Shown here: positions 59,523 to 64,000 of the stretch, in pieces
Layout: each line of letters opens with the position of its first letter
Numbering within the stretch: position 1 is the first letter of the stretch
Source: Clostridia bacterium
GTDB taxonomy: Bacteria > Bacillota > Clostridia > UBA1212 > DUPL01
Reading direction: 5' to 3'
Assembly: GCA_050951325.1 (NCBI GenBank)
Contig: JBMNIW010000012.1
Span: forward strand, 256,001-320,000
Length of the DNA stretch: 64,000 nucleotides
The notes under the pieces: generated by a model
Told to the model about the DNA's origin: nothing
The model's database searches: none
What the model saw: the letters and a program-made list of their open reading frames with translations, nothing else
Translations under genes and position numbers: made by a program

Positions 59523-60419
59523 TTAAACTTTTATATACTTTCTTATGGCAAATGCGGAACTTAATACTCCCACTACAACACCTGCCAGAATAAAGTAGAA
59601 TAAAAGGTTTCCTGCAACAGTTTGGAAGTCAATCAAATCAATAAAATTATTGAAAAATGCCTTCTCGGCAAGAAATTCATCTATTAGGCCATATACATAT
59701 TTCACTATAAAATATGCTATTCCTGCGCCGACAATGCCTATGAACATGCCTTCTATTACAAACGGTCCTCTTGTAAAGGATTCGGACGCACCGATAAATT
59801 TCATTATCTCAAGTTCCTTCCTTCTTGCCATTACAGTTAGTTTTATGGTGTTCATGGTAAGAAGTATGGACAATACACCCAGTATTAGTAATCCCAGATA
59901 CGCACTTACTTCTATACCCTTCTTAATTGACGCAAACAGATTGACTACATCAAGAATGTCAGTAACAGCTTCCACGCTTTCCAGGTTCTTCATGTCTTTG
60001 GCAAACGCTGCACCTGTAGAAGAATCCTTAAGTTTTACCTCAAACGATACAAAAAGAAGTTCAGGACTATAGCCTTCAAAAAGCTCCTTTTTGTCCTTGA
60101 AGGTCTCCAAAAATCTTTCATATTGCTCTTCCTTGCTAACTGTTATAACATTCTCAACTCTTGGATCTTCCTGGAGTGCCTTCTCTATCTCCAGAACTCT
60201 TTCATCAGTAGTTTCAGTCTCGAGGTCTATTCTAATCTGAGGCTTGTCTCCTAGCTTATCCATTATATGTTGGAGGTTTTGGGATGTAAGATTCAGTGAA
60301 CCCAGAATAAACAGCGCCACAAATACCACTGATATCGATGCAAATATCATGAAGCCGTTTTTCACCATTCCGGTTATTCCCTGTTTAATTATGTATAAAA
60401 ATACTCTTAGCTTCCTCAT
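59523..60419 (-). CDS. ftsX: Cell division permease FtsX
   Basis: NTIKL...R..E..IMK.IGA...F...PF..EG; follows ftsE. Confidence 0.9.
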   Translation of the reverse strand: MRKLRVFLYIIKQGITGMVKNGFMIFASISVVFVALFILGSLNLTSQNLQHIMDKLGDKPQIRIDLETETTDERVLEIEKALQEDPRVENVITVSKEEQYERFLETFKDKKELFEGYSPELLFVSFEVKLKDSSTGAAFAKDMKNLESVEAVTDILDVVNLFASIKKGIEVSAYLGLLILGVLSILLTMNTIKLTVMARRKELEIMKFIGASESFTRGPFVIEGMFIGIVGAGIAYFIVKYVYGLIDEFLAEKAFFNNFIDLIDFQTVAGNLLFYFILAGVVVGVLSSAFAIRKYIKV

Positions 60420-61167
60420 CGCTGCCACCTCCTTTTCTCAGTCCTCTTTTTTTTCTGCCGGTTATGCTTCCGACTTTCATTTCCTCTTCACACAGAATTC
60501 TGTCGTCAGCCTGCAGGCCATGGTCAAGATACACAATCCTTTTGCCCATGGAAAGAGCCAGATCTCGTTCATGGGTTGCAACGATTACGGTTGTTCCCCT
60601 TTTGTTTATTTGATTCAATATCTCCAGTATCTCTTTTGAGTTTTCCGGATCAAGGTTGCCTGTTGGCTCGTCTGCAATAATTATTTTGGGAGCATTAACA
60701 ATAGCTCTTGCAAGCGCCACTCTCTGCTGCTCTCCACCAGACAGATGAGAAGGATATTCCTTTTCCTTGCTGGATAGTCCGACAAGCTGCAAAGCAAGCC
60801 TCACCCTGTGTTTTATTTCAGAGGGTGAATGTCCCATTATCTCCATGGCAAAGGCAACATTGCCATAGACTGTCTTTTTTTCAAGCAGTCTGAAGTCCTG
60901 AAAAACCACACCCAAATCACGTCTGTACCTGGGTATCCTTCTACCTTTTACTTTTTTCAAGTTTTGACTGTTTGCGATAATCGTTCCGCAGGTTGGATCC
61001 TCTTCCTTCATTAATAGCTTAATTATTGTAGATTTACCTGCACCACTTGCTCCCATTAAAAAGACAAACTCACCTTCATATATCTCAAAGGAAATGCCTC
61101 TAAGTCCGTATACGCCGTTAGGATATCTTTTTACCACATTGTCAAATATAATTATTGGGCTATCCAT
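60385..61167 (-). CDS. ftsE: Cell division ATP-binding protein FtsE
   Basis: GASGAGKST, GVVFQDFRLL, LSGGEQQRV, ADEPTGNLDP. Confidence 0.93.
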   Translation of the reverse strand: MDSPIIIFDNVVKRYPNGVYGLRGISFEIYEGEFVFLMGASGAGKSTIIKLLMKEEDPTCGTIIANSQNLKKVKGRRIPRYRRDLGVVFQDFRLLEKKTVYGNVAFAMEIMGHSPSEIKHRVRLALQLVGLSSKEKEYPSHLSGGEQQRVALARAIVNAPKIIIADEPTGNLDPENSKEILEILNQINKRGTTVIVATHERDLALSMGKRIVYLDHGLQADDRILCEEEMKVGSITGRKKRGLRKGGGSDEEAKSIFIHN

Positions 61168-61205
61168 ATGTACCATCCCTTTTTCATTTGTATTCAATTT
61201 AAACT

Positions 61206-62336
61206 TCATCTTTCGAACTCTAACTCCCCCGGTGCCTTTTTCTCTAAATATTTCATAATCATCAATGCTATACCAATCTTCATTCCTTCTTCAAATCTGG
61301 TACTGTCCAAGTTTGTCAGCTTGTTGAATTTATCCAGCCTGTAGACAAGCGTATTTCTGTGAATGTATAAAGCTCTTGCAGATTCGCTTACATTCTGGTT
61401 GTTGTACAAGAAGGTCTTCACTGTATACAGAAGCTCCTTTGCATTTTTGTCTTTTAAAAACTCAACACCCAAAGTCTCCTTCAGGAACGATACACAGTTT
61501 CTAATGGGAAGACCATAAATTAGCTTTTCTATACCCATTTTGTCATAGACATAGCATTCTTTGTCCAAACCAAAAACAAGTCCTGCTTCTCTTGCAGTTT
61601 CCGCATCTTTATAGGATATGTTTATTTCCGTCAGCTTGCCAACCAAAGAACCAACTGAAACATATGCGTCCACCATAAGCTCCGAAGCAAGGGTATCCCT
61701 AATAGTTGTACTTGTTTCGATTATCTGTTCATACTCTACTTTTTCTTCATTGATTCCAAAAACCACAGCATACTTCTGGGAGTTCAGGATTACTATCTGG
61801 TATGTCTGAAATTGAGAAAAGATACCCTTTAGAAGTACGGTAATGGAGGATGATTCGCTGTTGCTGATATAATCATCGCTACTTATATAAATATTCACAA
61901 CCATAAACCCGTATCCACCTTTAATTCCGTACTGGGTCAGTTCACTTTGATTTACAGACTTTGGACCATCTATGAGCAAAGACTGGTAGAAATGATTTAT
62001 TTCACTTTTTTGAATCTGCTCCTTGTTTTCATATGCAAGAGCTGCAAGCTCAAGAAGCCTTCTATCATTATCCAGGTTCTCTCCGGATTTCATGTAAAGA
62101 TAAACGGTACTGTCAGACCCCGCATATCTGAAAAATGAATATCCATCTTTTTGGACAAAATCACTGTAGTCGATATCATTTTCTAGTTCTTCAGGAATAG
62201 TAATTGTATTGAAGGCATTATCCGATACATCAGAGCAATATATTTTGTTATCCTTTTCATCAATTACTCCGAAATCCCTGCCTATTATTAGTGCAATTCT
62301 ATCAAGTTGTCTTCTGACATCCTTACTACTGTTCAA
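61206..62336 (-). CDS. PucR/CdaR-family transcriptional regulator
   Basis: NVSESARALYIHRNTLVYRL HTH. Confidence 0.88.
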   Translation of the reverse strand: MNSSKDVRRQLDRIALIIGRDFGVIDEKDNKIYCSDVSDNAFNTITIPEELENDIDYSDFVQKDGYSFFRYAGSDSTVYLYMKSGENLDNDRRLLELAALAYENKEQIQKSEINHFYQSLLIDGPKSVNQSELTQYGIKGGYGFMVVNIYISSDDYISNSESSSITVLLKGIFSQFQTYQIVILNSQKYAVVFGINEEKVEYEQIIETSTTIRDTLASELMVDAYVSVGSLVGKLTEINISYKDAETAREAGLVFGLDKECYVYDKMGIEKLIYGLPIRNCVSFLKETLGVEFLKDKNAKELLYTVKTFLYNNQNVSESARALYIHRNTLVYRLDKFNKLTNLDSTRFEEGMKIGIALMIMKYLEKKAPGELEFER

Positions 62337-62477
62337 AAATCCACTCTTCTCCCATTCAAGATTTATACAATGCTATTATACTTGCTTATACTACCCTTTT
62401 CAAGGTAAATATATGGCACTCAATGAAAAAAAGCCCCACACAAAGTGAGGCCTGATATTCAATAATATATATTCCAA

Positions 62478-63590
62478 TTAGTTGGTTATAACGTTCTCGG
62501 TATCCTTGTCAAATACATGTATTTTGTTAGGATCAAGTGCAAATCTCATTGTATCGCCAACATAAATATTGTGCCTTGGCTTAATCTTTGCAATAAAGAC
62601 ATGTCCTTCTAGCATCATGTATACCAGGGATTCTGCACCAAGCAACTCTAGAACTTCTACAGTGGACTCAATCTGTGAATCCTTGTACGCTTCAAGATAC
62701 ATCGCTTCATCATGTACGTGCTCGGAACGGATACCCATTACAACTTCCTTGTCAATGTAGCCGCCTTCTTCAAGACGCTTTGCCTTAACTTCTGGAAGTT
62801 TTATTGTCCATCTACCAATTCTGAGGAAAATGTCATCGTTAATCTTCTCAACACGGCAGTTTACAAAGTTCATTTGTGGAGTTCCTATAAATCCAGCAAC
62901 GAACATGTTTACAGGACGCTCGTAGAGACGCTGTGGAGTCTCAACCTGCTGAATGTAACCGTCTTTCATAACAACGATTCTCGAACCCATCGTCATAGCC
63001 TCTACCTGGTCGTGAGTAACGTAGATAATTGTTGTCTGCAGCTTTTGATGCAATTTAATAATCTCGGTTCTCATCTGTGCACGAAGCTTTGCGTCCAGGT
63101 TTGAAAGCGGTTCGTCCATTAGGAACACCTTTGGTTCACGAACGATGGCACGTCCAAGAGCAACTCTTTGCTTCTGACCACCGGACAACGCCTTAATGGA
63201 TCTGTCAAGCAAATGCTCTATCTCAAGAATTCTTGCTGCTTCATGTACTCTCTTTTTAATTTCTCCCTTTGGTGTCTTTCTCAATTTAAGTCCAAAAGCC
63301 ATATTCTCAAATACCGACATATGGGGATACAGGGCATAGTTCTGGAAAACCATCGCTATATCTCTGTCCTTTGGAGCTATGTCATTAACCAATTTACCAT
63401 CTATCAACAGCTCTCCTGAGGTAACCTCTTCAAGTCCTGCCACCATTCTCAATGTAGTTGATTTTCCGCATCCTGATGGTCCAACCAAAACAAGAAACTC
63501 TTTATCTGCCACTTCCAGGTTAAAGTCATTTACCGCTGTAACTCCTCCAGGATATCTCTTGTAGATGTTTTTAAAAACAACGCTTGCCAT
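62478..63590 (-). CDS. Sugar ABC transporter ATP-binding protein (MsmX/MalK/UgpC family)
   Basis: GPSGCGKST, MVFQNYALYPH, LSGGQKQR, DEPLSNLDAKLR. Confidence 0.93.
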   Translation of the reverse strand: MASVVFKNIYKRYPGGVTAVNDFNLEVADKEFLVLVGPSGCGKSTTLRMVAGLEEVTSGELLIDGKLVNDIAPKDRDIAMVFQNYALYPHMSVFENMAFGLKLRKTPKGEIKKRVHEAARILEIEHLLDRSIKALSGGQKQRVALGRAIVREPKVFLMDEPLSNLDAKLRAQMRTEIIKLHQKLQTTIIYVTHDQVEAMTMGSRIVVMKDGYIQQVETPQRLYERPVNMFVAGFIGTPQMNFVNCRVEKINDDIFLRIGRWTIKLPEVKAKRLEEGGYIDKEVVMGIRSEHVHDEAMYLEAYKDSQIESTVEVLELLGAESLVYMMLEGHVFIAKIKPRHNIYVGDTMRFALDPNKIHVFDKDTENVITN

Positions 63591-63804
63591 TATGTAACCT
63601 CCTATTTATTGTTCACATGAATTTTTTTTGGTTTTAACGTATTCACTTATTGTATTGCATACGTAATTTCATACTTCCCTATTATATCACTTGGCTCATA
63701 TTTTAAACAGTAGTAAATCTTACAAAAAAACTTCGTTTTGCTTATGCAACCTGCACAACTAATGCTGTGTTATCTGCCTAATTACCATTAGTTTCTCCAC
63801 TTGT

Positions 63805-64000
63805 TCAGCTATTATCCATTTCACTATATATTTCCATAGCTTCCTGTCTGCTGATTCCTCTTTCCTCCTCATTGTAAATATCATCTACAATCATTGAAGG
63901 AAACCTGGGAGTACCCCAATCCTTATACTTCTCCAGCAAGTGTCCGTTTCTAACCAATGTCCATCCATCTATGTTCGCCCTGTCCTGAAACAGTATATAG
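63805..64000 (-). CDS. 3' end of a hypothetical protein (partial)
   Basis: Open frame from the window edge: YILFQDRANIDGW...EIYSEMDNS*. Confidence 0.5.
   Translation of the reverse strand, partial: YILFQDRANIDGWTLVRNGHLLEKYKDWGTPRFPSMIVDDIYNEEERGISRQEAMEIYSEMDNS

Noticed and set aside
56032-63590. Sugar ATPase-CdaR-ftsE-ftsX-M23-ctpA gene order
   Set aside because: This is a common conserved arrangement in Clostridia and not novel.

Overview
Chromosomal window from a spore-forming, low-GC Clostridia-type (Bacillota) bacterium, as indicated by tlp, a spore-coat-like gene, darA, ftsEX and sortase-type anchors. It begins with the 3' end of a Wadjet (jetC-jetD) anti-plasmid operon. A long accessory and metabolic stretch follows: rplY-sirtuin, S9 peptidase plus GGDEF, a PocR-AraC/CobW/MtaA-thioredoxin unit, surface glycerophosphodiesterase, GH78, a GH20-MurQ-kinase operon with non-catalytic CBM surface proteins, a zinc ABC operon with a Zur-type box, a GH99-like/GH2 glycan locus, and an ABC exporter-DUF1854-darA operon. 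Next is a ~5.3 kb decayed prophage next to tRNA-Cys, holding a head module, a MuF-like minor capsid with a C-terminal toxin-like domain and a probable immunity gene, and an unannotated integrase relic. The window ends with five tRNAs and core genes (hslO, csp, ctpA, M23 peptidase, ftsXE, sugar ABC ATPase). Several single-base frameshifts (notably 15.1-15.9 kb, 39.2 kb and 51.5 kb) may be sequencing or assembly errors. No CRISPR array, rRNA or intact IS element was seen. All assignments come from motif recognition by eye; no database searches were run.
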